A DNA stretch of 64,000 nt from Gekko japonicus (Eukaryota): NCBI RefSeq assembly GCF_001447785.1, contig NW_015161978.1:411483-475482 (forward strand), in the 5' to 3' direction. Made by a program: the position numbers and the translations under genes. The notes below the pieces were generated by a model. It did no database searches, was not told the DNA's origin, and saw only the letters and a program-made list of their open reading frames with translations. Below, one piece after another: positions 25,105 through 36,461 of this stretch (its first letter is position 1; every line of letters begins with the position of its first letter).

Positions 25105-25320
25105 CACAGTGTAGTAGTTGGGGGTATCAAACTAGCATCCAGGAGATCCAGATTCAAATCTCCACTCTTCCATACAGCATGCTATGTGACTGTGGAGCAG
25201 TCACACACTTTCCACCACACATGGTTGCTGTGAGGATAAAATAGAAGGGGGGAGAATGACGTGCACTTGCCTCTGGAGGAAAGGCAGCATAAAAACGTGC
25301 TAAGCAAAATAATAAATAAA
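25105..25320 (+). mobile_element. Old tRNA-derived SINE within a decayed L2 remnant
   Basis: Degenerate A box (AGTGTAGTAG) and B box (GATTCAAATC), core TTGCTGTGAGGATAAAA, and A-rich tail. Confidence 0.6.
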
Positions 25321-25485
25321 TGGTCTGGGTAATGAATATCTGAGGGAATGCCTCCACACATATAAACTACCCCAGCAATAGAGGTCTACCAATGAGGCCC
25401 TACTAAATATTCTATTTTATTTGGAGGCCAAATTAGTCCCCAAAAGAACTGAGTTCACTAGTGTAGAAGCCCCAGAGCTCTAGAA

Positions 25486-25916
25486 CATGGGTGTCGAACC
25501 CATTTGTTATGAGGGCCGGATCTGACATAAATGAGACCTTGTTGGGCCGAGCCATGTGTGTCATAAAATGTAATGCCAGGTAGCGGAGATATAAACATTA
25601 TAAAGGACACAAACACAAAGGTTTTTTAACTTAAAATAAAAACATGCTTAAAACATTAGCACTCTTGCAATATTTTGTTTATTTAACAGTGACTGATAAC
25701 TGACACCTCTTGATCTGAATTACTGCATCAAAATGTCTGTGCTGTTCCAAGCTTGATTCTGCTGTTCAGGTGTATATCTGTAAGCTGCAAACCTACGATG
25801 ATGCAGCAGCAGCAGAACTGGAAGAAGAAGCAGAAGACAGCCAGTTCCAATCCTGGCCCGATAGAAGCCCTCCGGGGGCCTGATTTGGCCCCCGGGCCGC
25901 ATGTTTGACACCACTG
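25486..25916. mobile_element. hAT (Charlie-like) MITE
   Basis: TIRs CATGGGTGTCGAAC / GTTTGACACCACTG; perfect 8-bp TSD CTCTAGAA (25478-25485 and 25917-25924). Confidence 0.9.
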
Positions 25917-26401
25917 CTCTAGAATGTTTTTCTTCAGGAAATTCAGATGGACCCATATTTATTCAAACTCCAAAGGCAGTTTAAGACTTTCACTGTGCCT
26001 TTGGTTGATTTGTCTGTTTACTCTGCTGTATCTATAGGAGTATTTTATTCTGCTGCTCCTGCTTAAGTTTGTTTTCTCTAGTTTGCAACATCATATTATT
26101 TTAATTTGGATTTGAAGTTGCATTGAATGTTTTGTCCAGAAGCCTCATCACAGATGTCTTTACATGGAAAAGCAACCTATAAATAGCTAAAATAAAAAAT
26201 GACAAAATGAATAAACAAATATTTAAATTGAAATTTGGAGTTTCTTCTTCTTCTAAATTGAAATTTGGAGTTTCTTAAATGTGCTGTGTATTTTTAAAAA
26301 AACAAAAGAGATAGCAGGATTATCAGTTATGTTCCAAGTTCCCAAGCCTATAATTTTGTAATGCATGCAAACATGACTTGATTATCAATGCCATCCTAAA
26401 C

Positions 26402-26808
26402 TAAGGTTGCCAGGCCCCCTGGTGGAGGTGGGGGTCCCCCAATGTTAAGCCCACATCCCCACTGCTGATCAGCTGGCTGGCAAGGGGGAGAGAACTTACC
26501 CTGAAAAAGATGGAAAATCCTTCCACATGCAGCAATGTGCCTACATGACTGCCCATGTGACCAGGAAGTGACACTACCACTGCCGGGATGTTGGGGGGGA
26601 AAGACACTCTGGTATTTGGACAAAAACTATGGTAGAAGCCAAATTTACCATAGAGTTTTTGCCCAAATACCAGAATGTCACCCTTGTGTACCAGAAGTGG
26701 TAGCATCACTTCTGGGTCACATGGACAGTGATGTATACATGTTGCTGTTGTTGGATGGGCTTCCCTGCTGCTCCTGGTAAGTCCCCTCCCCAACTCCTGG
26801 CAACCCTA
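26402..26808. mobile_element. hAT MITE (TAGGGTTGCCA family), nested in a short palindromic repeat
   Basis: TIRs TAAGGTTGCCAG / CTGGCAACCCTA; 8-bp TSD TCCTAAAC (26394-26401 and 26809-26816); internal inverted arms. Confidence 0.9.
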
Positions 26809-27617
26809 TCCTAAACAGAGCAACACCTTCCTAAGTCAATTGCAGTCAATATGCTTAGAATGATGTAACTCTGCTTAGGATGGTACTGTAAGTGCCATTC
26901 TCTCCTGTAACAACACCGAGGAATCCAATGCAAAAGCACTTTATGCTTTCATGCAGCACAAACAATCACCCAGTATTTTGTACTTTTTCTTCACTTTTTC
27001 TACATCTGTCATTCCTTTCTCCTTTCTCCCCATACGCTTCCACCGAAGATACATAATGGAGAAGTGACAATCATATGGGAAATGAACTGGCACAATGAAA
27101 GCCCCACATAAATATTATGCAAATTTGTTATGAATTACACCTGCAGAGCAAATTTACTACTTTGCTGAAAGCCTATAAAACAGAGATTTGTCCTGTATAC
27201 ATTTTAATGCACTTCAAAACATGTATTAAATCGCCTATTTCTGTTAGCCAGACTATTCAAACTTTTAAGTGCAAAATAAATATCAAGCTTTATGTTTGCA
27301 ATAATACATAGTCATAGCATAAGCTTTTTGTGCTTTCCACCTCCAGTGCGGTCCAGGAACACATAATTGCTGCTTTTCCCTTAGTTATCTAATCATTATA
27401 CTGAATGCAAACCTGCTTGCTATTACTTCACATTTTTCAATTATTATTGTTATAGTTGCTTTTGATGTTCCAGAAACCATTGTGGATCTTAGCAGTTAAT
27501 GGATTGTGGCTCTTTAAATTTCATGTTTTCTATGCACACAGCAAAAAGCAAAAGGTTTTTTTTAACTCGATCTTCTATAAAATTGCATACACATGTAGCA
27601 CAAGCATATTGTGTATC

Positions 27618-27820
27618 GCCCTGACCTGGATAGCCAAGGTCTCGTCAGATCTTGGAAGCTAAGCAGAGCCGCCCCTGGCAAGTACTAGGAAGGGAGACCT
27701 CCAAGGAATACCAGAGCCGGGATGCAGAGGCAGGCAATAGCAAGCCACCTCTCAGAAATATCCAAGCACCACTAGGGGTCGCCAGAAGCCAACCATGATT
27801 TTCAGGTGCACACACACAAA
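27618..27820 (+). mobile_element. 5S rRNA-derived SINE
   Basis: TCTCGTCAGATCTTGGAAGCTAAGCAG...AGTACTAGGAAGGGAGACC..GGAATACC (27640-27712) parallels vertebrate 5S rRNA; followed by a non-5S body and (CA)n tail. Confidence 0.85.
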
Positions 27821-28060
27821 TACTCACAAAAAAAACACATCTTCTGTATCAACTTATTTACATGAACCTCCTCTAGACCTTTCTGGAGTATGACTGCACA
27901 ACAACATGCAAAGTCAGTACCATTCTAAATTCCCTTGCCTTTATTTAAAACTTAATCCAAATATTTTTAGTCCTACTTACCTTCCAACATAGCTGGAAAA
28001 CAACGTGGGTAACAATAGAAGAAATAAACATAAAATAAATAAAACTATTAACAAAGAATG

Positions 28061-28288
28061 ATCCTGCCTAAAATTTCCACATATGGAAGGAATTCCATCT
28101 GTGGAAGCACAGCTTCCTTGGATCCTTCCTTCAGATGCTGCCCAAGATGCTCCCGGAATGCTGCACCTGTGGGATGGGGACCCCCCCCCAGGAATAGCTT
28201 AGCTTGGAGGGGGGAGTCAGAGGTTGATACCAAAGAGGAAAAGGAGTGAAAATCCCACTCATTGTGCATGGGAATTTTTGGCAGGATT
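28061..28288. mobile_element. Degenerate MITE
   Basis: Inverted ends ATCCTGCCTAAAATTTCCA / TGGGAATTTTTGGCAGGAT. Confidence 0.55.
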
Positions 28289-29006
28289 GAACCTCAAATC
28301 AGCAAACAAAGAGCTCCTGACCCAAATGTTTACCTAAACAGTCCCTCTGTACAAGCTCTCCAGAAGGCCACCTCCTCTAGGAGGCTGCTGGGGGGGGGGG
28401 ATTGAATATGAACTCAGAAACAAAAAGATAGCAAAAGAAGAGATCCCAAAATGACCTTGATGTACTCATAAACAAGAATCTCATGCTTTTGTTCCTTTAT
28501 AGTGCCTATTTTTTTAAAACGACTGTCAATTACCAAAGAATTACCAGCTTATATATGAAATAATATGTTAAAACATTCTCTCCAAAAAAAATCCCATGGA
28601 AACCCTTTCTGCCTTTTCCTCATATTTCAATTTAACATAAATGTCAGACCATACTCTGATATCATGCTATAAACCTTTAACAAAATTTACAGTTTACAGA
28701 GTCAATCACTTTTAGAAGGAAGTACAGGGTCATTCAAATACTATAATTTTTAAAATATATGAAATGTAGGAATGGAAAACCATGCACACTGCCCAGTTAC
28801 CTCAGAAAAAGTTTTGGATAAAAATGTAAGAGATATTTCACAATGGGGAAAAAACAGTTTTCTGTATTCATTAAAATCACATCTTCCTCAGTAAATAAAC
28901 AGGGAAAGACAGCTAGATTTGAGTCCAACAAAACCCTAGAGACCATCAAAATTGGGGGGGGGGGTATAAACTATTGAGAATCAAAGCTTCCTTCATGAGA
29001 TACCTT

Positions 29007-29279
29007 GGCTGATTTGGCACTAGCGCTCCCTCGATGTTACGCCGCCATTTGCCCCGATACTATTGGTCAATTTCACACCCGAAGCTGCGGGGCTGCATTT
29101 TGACTCGCGGCTTCACCCGATTTCCCCTGCAGTTTCGTGATCCTGTTTTTTGAGGATCATGAAACTGAGGAAATGGGGCGAAGCCACGGGTCAAATGTAG
29201 CCCCACAGCTTCGGATTGACCAATAGTATCGGGGCAAACAGCGGCGCAACAACGAGGCAGTTCTAGTGCGAAATCAGCC
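29007..29279. mobile_element. Foldback MITE, PIF/Harbinger-like
   Basis: Almost wholly palindromic 273 bp; TIRs GGCTGATTTGGCACTAG / CTAGTGCGAAATCAGCC; 3-bp TSD CTT. Confidence 0.88.
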
Positions 29280-31889
29280 CTTGAGAAAGGTTCTTGAGGG
29301 GGGGGGGAACTCACTTACTTTGCATGAGATTGTTGGTGAGGGAAGAGACCTTTTATAAAATCTTTTGACATGACCTGCAGTACCAAGGTCAGATTAAAGT
29401 ATTTGAAGAAAGGAGATGTGAAGACCAAGTCTACAATCAACCATTTTTTTAAAAAAAGATACCCGAGGTCTCTTACTATGCAGTTCCCACTGAAAATAAC
29501 ATCCATGTTACAGCTGTATACAGCTGTAAGAAAGCCTTCATTCCCACATGGTATGCCTGTGTAGATACAAGCACTGGCATGTATAGCACTCTCATATGAG
29601 TACTCCCTCCAAGATCTAGAAGGCCCACACGGGACAGATTTTAAAAGATTCTCTCAACAGCATGGAAATCCCCACCTCACAGATAATTTTTTTACCAACA
29701 GCCATGCTGCAAACAGAAGCGAATGAAATCTAAATGCTCACCTCTACCACCATTCACACACAGAGAAGCATACTTCTATCCCTACTCTGATCTTTCTATC
29801 TCGCAAAACTCCAAAATATTGTACAATAAATTCACATACAGATTCACTTATTCTAGTCCCTAATAAGCAGATGAACAGGCCTCCTGTCCCACTTCTGAAA
29901 CACATAAATTTTAGGCAGTATTCTACTTCTGATGCTGGCCAGATTATTAGTATTCTGCACTATTGCATTTCTAGGACAAACTAGACATTTGCAAAGACCC
30001 AGGTCTCCCCAAAGCATCATGGGGAGCACATGGAAACCCCTCACAAGCAGGAGTTTCACCATTCATTCCACTGCAGGAGTCCATCCTTGAGTGCACATGG
30101 CAGGAACAGTGGTCCCTGGTGTTCAATTAATGAGGATACCTACTTCCACCTTGGGAGCTTCTTGTTGTGTGTCAGAGCTCCATGGACCTTTGTATATGCC
30201 TGTATGGAGGCTTGCGTAGTCATTAATGCAAAATCCTGCAGGGAACTCATTCCACACAATGGAAGTGTCATTTGCAAAATGCACATACAATAGGAGAGAT
30301 TCCCTAGGAAACTGCCTCCAAAAAACAAACATGGTAAATTCATCAGATCTTTAGAAATACTAAATAAGATAACGATATCTAAAATTAAATAAAAAATGAA
30401 GACAATCAATTTGAACGATATGCCAGTGTTTTAAGTGATGTTTGAAATTGGTAAAACTTTTCTTGACTCATCACTAGAATTACTTAAAAGGCTAAAGAGG
30501 GCTTTTTTTCTTTCAAAAAATACAAAGTAAGAAAGTAACCCCCACCCCCTTGATCCAAGGTGCACCCTGCAATCAGGGAAACTGCAGAAGCACTGCACTA
30601 AGTATCTACCCTATCAAATGAACGGGGCAACCAAAACAGCAGATTAAAATTTCGCCTTCGGGAGAGGGAGATGATCTCAGGAAATATTTAAGCCATTTGG
30701 TTGATAGCCATTTAAGAAACTGTTCATTCAGTATTAATGCACCTATGAAGAAGCCTAGCAATGCATAAACTCACCAAGGAACACAGACATTTCCCCAAAA
30801 AACTTTCTTACATTGTCCACTAAAAATGGAGCGCTTTTACATTTTCAAAGAGCAGCTCACACAGTGAATCTGTCTCCTGATGTGGGCTTGTCATAAAACC
30901 TACAAGCCCCAAGTTGACCATATGTGAGAGGTTGCAGAGCTAGACTAGTAAAGACTCACAATGTTGTGGACTTGGAAAGTCAAACCTCTGAAGGGCGATC
31001 TTTTTGCTGTTGTGTCCTCCTGCTTGACACACACATGCAAACACTCAGTGATCCATGAAGGCAGAGTGAGTCAAATGAAAGAAAGGTGATGAGTTGACAG
31101 CATCTGCTAAAGGATGTCCAGAGAAACCAGGACTGAATGGTGTGGATGTTTAAAGTCTGGCACTTATCCATAGATGAGGGTGGTATATGGGGGAGGGCAA
31201 AAACAGTAACAACAACACTCTGTGTGTGTCTTTCCATCAGGTCTTGGAAGTTTTACCTCTGATATTGCTGAGGTATGTTGTCCTATACAAATAAATATAT
31301 TTTTCTTATAAAATGCAAGGGTTTCATTCTGCCAGCTTTAGCCACAGTCAACTGACATATAATCAAAATGTAAACACACAACCAGTAATACGTCTTCCAC
31401 TCCACATATATAAAAAGTACTAATTTGAAGTATATCAAACAAAACACCTTTTGATAACATATGAAGATAATATCCAGTGTATTCCTAAATGATACATGAA
31501 AGTAATCCCTCTTGTGAAGGTCTTGGTGCAAGCTTTTCATTCCTGGGATAAATTTAAAATCTCATTAAAGTATATCTTTTATTTCTTCCTACACAACAGC
31601 AACAGACATATAGATAATTTTTAGGCAACATAAAATATCACTTTAAACTTGCTTGCATGGATTGAAAAGAAAAGAACCGCTGGAGGAAAAGAATTAGATA
31701 TTTTTGAGAGGCAAGCACAACTTCTCCATATCATGTTATTGTTAGAAATGTCTACCTTCAACCCTTGATTTTCTCTGATAGGGTTTTTCGGGTTCTTCTT
31801 CGTGGTCCTTTGCCACTCTGCCTCTCTGTATGATGGGAGAGGTTGTGGTTTAGTGGCAGTACACACACTTTACATACAGAAGTTAATTT

Positions 31890-32056
31890 AGTTGCTGTAG
31901 ATTTTCCGGGATGTGTGGCCGTGGTCTTGGCATTTAGAACCTAACATTTCACCAGTAACTGTGACTGGCATCCTCAGAGGTATAAACACAGAAAGATAGA
32001 ATACTCTCTGGCATCCTCAGAGGTATAAACACAGAAAGATAGAATACTCTCTGTGT
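31890..32056 (-). mobile_element. Penelope-like element terminal (pseudo-LTR) remnant with a 43-bp tandem duplication
   Basis: Reverse complement CTGAGGATGCCAGTCACAGTTACTGGTGAAATGTTAGG...ACCACGGCCACACATCCCGGAAAATCTACAGCAA; exact repeat at 31965-32007 and 32008-32050. Confidence 0.7.
31940..31980 (-). ncRNA. Decayed minimal type I hammerhead ribozyme
   Basis: CCU-CUGAGGA-U-GCCAGU(CACAGUU)ACUGGU-GAAA-UGUU-AGG: core boxes and helices I and II are present; helix III and the cleavage triplet are mutated. Confidence 0.6.
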
Positions 32057-32174
32057 CAAGTTAATTTGTATTTAATGTTTTACTGATGCATTTTAAAATC
32101 TTGGAATATTGTAAAGGTGTACTTCTTTTTGTATGATTGGTCTAAGGACTGTAGAAATAAACTGAAACTGAAAC

Positions 32175-32338
32175 ATACAGAAGTTCCAAGGTTCAATCTC
32201 AGGCATTTATAATTAAAAGGGTTTCATGTAGCAGCTGCTCGGGAATGCACTACTCTGAGGCACTGGAGGACTGCTACCAGCCAGAGTAGAAAATGTTGAT
32301 CTAAACAAATCAGCTGCTTGACTCAACATAAGACAGAC
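32175..32338 (+). mobile_element. Old tRNA-derived SINE (Squam2-like)
   Basis: B box region AGGTTCAATCTCAGGCAT and body CTGGAGGACTGCTACCAGCCAGAGTAGA..TGACTCAACATAAG. Confidence 0.6.
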
Positions 32339-32493
32339 TTAACTTGTTTGCTATTCAATGGTTTTCACTATTTATTTGTTTAAAAATATACACCTGGTCA
32401 GTTCCTTAGTCAAGGTGCCATCATTCAAAAGGCCTCATCCTGAGTAGTGCTCACCTCAACTCTGAAAATGTGGGCTCTCAGAGAAAAGTCTAC

Positions 32494-32800
32494 ACATAAG
32501 AAGAGCCCTGTTGGATCAGACCAGTGGTCTATCTAGTCCAGTATCCTGTCTCACACAGTGACCAACCAGTTCTTCTGGAGGTCCAACAAGACGGCATTGA
32601 GACCATCGTTTTCCCCTGATGCTACCTCCAAGCACTGGTATACAGAGATTTACATCCTCTGAATGTTCTCTTTAGCAGCTATGACTAGTAGCCACTGATG
32701 TACCTATCCTTCATGAACTCATCTAATTCCTTTTAAAGCTATTTATGCTCATGGCCATCACTATGTCCATGAGCAGTGAATTCTGCAATTTAATTACTTG
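32494..32800 (-). mobile_element. Old CR1 3' end fragment
   Basis: ACATAAGAAGAGCCCTGTTGGATCAGACC..TCTAGTCCAG, a typical reptile CR1 3' terminus on the minus strand. Confidence 0.7.
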
Positions 32801-32910
32801 GAAATTTTAGCATTTATCACAAAGACAGGTGTAACAGCATGCCCAAATGGCAAATTTCCTTTTTCAGAGAGAGTGCAACTCCTTCAACATCACTGATCGA
32901 CAGCATGTCA

Positions 32911-34162
32911 GTCTTTTCTTTCTTCTTTTTAAAAAATTTATTTATTGATTGATTTTCTATACGACAATTCACAACAATCAAAAATACGTTCAATAAAAAC
33001 GTTAAGGTGCAAAAACATGCTGCACCGTCATTCAATTCACAGTCCTCCAATACACCGTACATCCAATATACAACAAAAACATAAACATTAAATGAACAAC
33101 AAAATATCTACAACTAATACAACAAATACTACATTAGGGGTTATTAAATTAACCAACTTACTTTCAGGAGATTAAGATAACGATAATTTGTAGACTGTGT
33201 ATTTCCTTCAAGAATCTCTTCCAATTTAATTGGAATTGGATACCATCTTTCCAAATAATAGGAAGGTCCCAATGAAGGATCTTTATCTGCTAGAGAGTCC
33301 GAGATTTTATCCAAAATCAAATGAACCTCTCTTCCCTTTTTTCTTCTTTTGTTTTTCCTTTTTACCTCTGTGTCGGGGGCTTACATAGTTGATTCACTTT
33401 ATCCCACTTGTTTTTTTAGTCTCCCTTTGTTCCATCGTAGTCGGTGAGCCCCTTTCACCTGTTTTCCCCTCCACAGGTGGTTGCAAGCATGTCTCTGATT
33501 CTCCGCCCAGTTTAACTATCTGCGGTTCATTCCTTTCTTGTATCTCTGTTAATTTCTCTATATTATTTTCCTCTGTAGCAGGAGGGTACTGTGTATTCCT
33601 AAACAGTCTATCCCATACTGAATTGAGTGCTTTGTTCAGCTCTTCTTGTAACTGTTTTTTTGAAACTGTTCAGACCTAAGCTCACTAATTATTGCGTCTT
33701 GTACTTGCTTACACACGGCTGCAGCCTCCATTTTATTCCTACTCATATTGTCTTACGAAACTGTCCTCTTTAGAGCCGTCACCAACAGATAACCCTCTCA
33801 AAATCTATTTAAGTTCTTAGAAAAGTTCTTAGAAGAGTAAGGTTGTATCCAACTGACGCTCTTTCTTATCCGAACCAGCATCTTCCACCTCGATTCCCAA
33901 AGTTATTTTCACGAACGGGAAACATGGCGACCATGTGTCCTTGCTGCCCGACACTCCTGCATCGAGACAAGCCGGTACCACCCCCGTCCTTGCCAGGGAA
34001 ACGGGGGGCCGGCCAAGCCTCCTGCACCCGGTCTCCCTCCAGGAGAACCGGGCGGAGCAACCCCGAACCCCGGGGAACTCCGTAGAAGCGCGCGGGAGAC
34101 GGACGCCCTCGGAGGCTCCGAGAGACGCGTCCGGGCGCTGCGCCGTCACCGCCGGAAGTCCC
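32911..34162 (-). mobile_element. 1.25-kb non-autonomous L1/Tx1-like retroelement
   Basis: CpG-rich 5' end starting GGGACTTCCGGCGG; AATAAA and A-rich tail at 32911-32950; flanking imperfect direct repeat GATCGACAGC-ATGTCA / GATTGACAGCTCGATATGTCA; internal disrupted ORF. Confidence 0.7.
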
Positions 34163-34281
34163 GATTGACAGCTCGATATGTCATAGCTATTTTAACATAT
34201 TCAAGAATGAACTTCTCTTTTCCCAAATTTCCTTCTTCCCATATGTACGTGTGTGTGGGCGCGCACACATGTGCGTGAATC

Positions 34282-34462
34282 TGTGTGCACCTGGAAGTCA
34301 TGGCAACCTCTGGTGACTGACCCCTACTGGGGGCCTCGATGATATTCAGAGAGGTGGCTGATTAAGCCCTGCCCCCACCTCCTAACTGCTAGTATTCCAA
34401 GGAGGTCTCCCATCCAAGTACTTAGCTTCCAAGATCTGACAAGATCAGGCTAGGTCAGGGCT
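34282..34462 (-). mobile_element. 5S rRNA-derived SINE
   Basis: Reverse complement GATCTTGTCAGATCTTGGAAGCTAAGTACTTGGATGGGAGACCTCCTTGGAATAC; same family as 27618-27820. Confidence 0.8.
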
Positions 34463-34617
34463 CAAACCTCCTTCTTTCCAAAGCCTCATTATCTGAGACA
34501 ACTATTACTGGGTTGAGCAAGAATGAGGCCTGGCCTGTCTCTGATTCCAAATCATGTTGCTTTCCTAAGAACTTTCTGTCAAAACCCACTTGTCCCACAA
34601 GAAGGCCTTGGGGTGAA

Positions 34618-35429
34618 TGTCAATAGTAAAATGGAGTTCCTGGCCTCCTGGCGAAGCCAATGAGGTCCGGGGGCTTTTTTGCCACCCCGGAGGAGCCAGG
34701 GCACCAACAGAATCATGATGCACACCGTCATGACATGGGTGGGGTGGGCGGAGCCAGCTTGGCTAAACCTCTGGGCTCCGCTCTCGCCTAAACAGTAGCT
34801 GACTCGTGCTTGCCCACCCTCCCGCCCTGTTTAGTGTAGGCTTTTGCTGGTCGCCTAACTGGGGCCAGGTAGGAATTTTTCACTTCTACCCGAAATTGGC
34901 AGATTGGGTGGAGATGTTTTTGCCTATCTTGCACTGAGAGCAGTGGATTGAAGTGATGGGTGTGGTGGTCAGCAGTTAAGTAGGTTGGTCACTTGGTATG
35001 TTGGTGAGGGCAAGAAACTGGAACCGGTGAGCACCTTATGGCAATTTCCCCATTAGGGAACAGGGGGTCATCAGGAACTGCCTTCAGATTTTCAGGTCCA
35101 GGGTGGGGAATGGTGATCACCTCCTCTGGGAACCTCTTAGGGTATGCTCCTCCCTGCAAGTTGTCAGGCTTCAGGGGTAGGCGCTCCTAGGTGGCGACCA
35201 GTTTGCTGGGCTGCCGGTCGCGAGCCAGACCGATGGCTCAAAACCGGAGCTGGGTGAACTGCCCGAGAAAAGGGCAAGGAGGTTGGTCAGGGGAATGACA
35301 GCTGCCTTGCCTGTTCTGTGCTCGCTTAGCTGGTCCCTTGCCACAATGTTATGTTAAATACTTAATAAAGTGGCCCTTGTTTACTTCCAAACTGTTATCT
35401 GTCTTGTTATTCCGACTGGGGCGGCAACA
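34618..35429 (+). mobile_element. Terminal-repeat remnant, probably of a Ngaro-type YR retrotransposon, nested in the solo LTR
   Basis: CCCACCCTCCCGCCC, GGGGCCAGGTAGGAATTTTT and AATAAAGTGGCC motifs; no TSD. The family call is from motif recognition only. Confidence 0.5.
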
Positions 35430-36129
35430 CCCCAGAAAGGGTTTTTTCCCCAGGGTAATGAGCCTCCACCAGCCCCTCTAAACTAACCCTCCGCTGGGAG
35501 ACCAAAGGGCTAGGAGTATAATCAATAAGGTTTATTAAAACAAATGCGCAAAAGTATACACACATAAGAGCAGTGCGAAAACAAGGGAGAAAACAATAAA
35601 ACTAAACAGCTAACCTAGAATACTTAGTTGGGCTTTAGTCCTCTGATCCAGATATTACCTGGTCAGACTGAACTCCAGATAGAACTCCAGCGTCCAAAAT
35701 ACCAGAGCAGATGTTCTGGCCATGCAAGGCCCAACCTATAGCCAAAAAAGATGGCCAGAAGCACCAAACTAGCATGAATTAGGCTCGATGGGGGGGGGGG
35801 GTCTTGCTTTATGCCTGCCTGCAGCTGGCCTAATCCTGTTTGGCCAATCAGGTGTGTTGCTAAGACACGTGACCATGTACTACTGCAGCTGACATGTATT
35901 CACAATGAAGCAAGGGTTTCCTTGCATTAATGAAATGGAATGTGTGTGCAAAACTCCCTCCAGGTCTCTGGCCTTGAAACTCCCAGGCCCAATAGTCCAT
36001 CTGACTCCATCTCATCTCATCCCTTTCCTTTCTCTGAAACTGCAAGTTATTGTGACATTTACTTCAGCAACTTAACTAGGCCCAAAAGCCTGAACCAAAC
36101 TTGTGAGAGGCCAAGAAATGGCTAAGGAC

Positions 36130-36461
36130 TAGGGCTGCCAAATGCAGCCGGGGGGCGGGGAATCCCTCGTTTCGGAGCCCCGATTCCCGGCGCGCCGGAA
36201 TCGGGGCCCGGGGGAAACCCCACCCCCGCGTGCGCGTCACCCGGAAGTGACGTCGCACGCTGGGGGCGGAGCCACGCCATTTGAGGGGAAAACAAAGAGT
36301 TTTCCCCTCAAATGGCAACTCTTTGTTTTCCCCTCAAACGGCGTGGCCCCGCCCAGCGTGTGACGTCACTTCTGGTGACGTCCTGGCGGCGCATCCCCCA
36401 GCAGCTCCAGGAACGGCCGGACGATCCCCCGCCGGTAAGAACTTCGGATTTGGCAACCCTA
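36130..36461. mobile_element. Young CpG-rich hAT MITE (TAGGGYTGCCA family)
   Basis: TIRs TAGGGCTGCCAAAT / ATTTGGCAACCCTA; 8-bp TSD CTAAGGAC (36122-36129 and 36462-36469); long internal palindrome. Confidence 0.92.

Noticed and set aside
27640-27712. 5S rRNA gene
   Set aside because: Diverged, lacks the proper ends and T-run terminator, and is fused to a SINE body found three times in the window.
31965-32053. CRISPR-like repeats
   Set aside because: Two abutting copies with no spacers, in eukaryotic DNA.
33840-34165. Host gene CpG-island promoter
   Set aside because: It forms the 5' end of a poly(A)-tailed unit bounded by a direct repeat, so a retroelement UTR is the better explanation.
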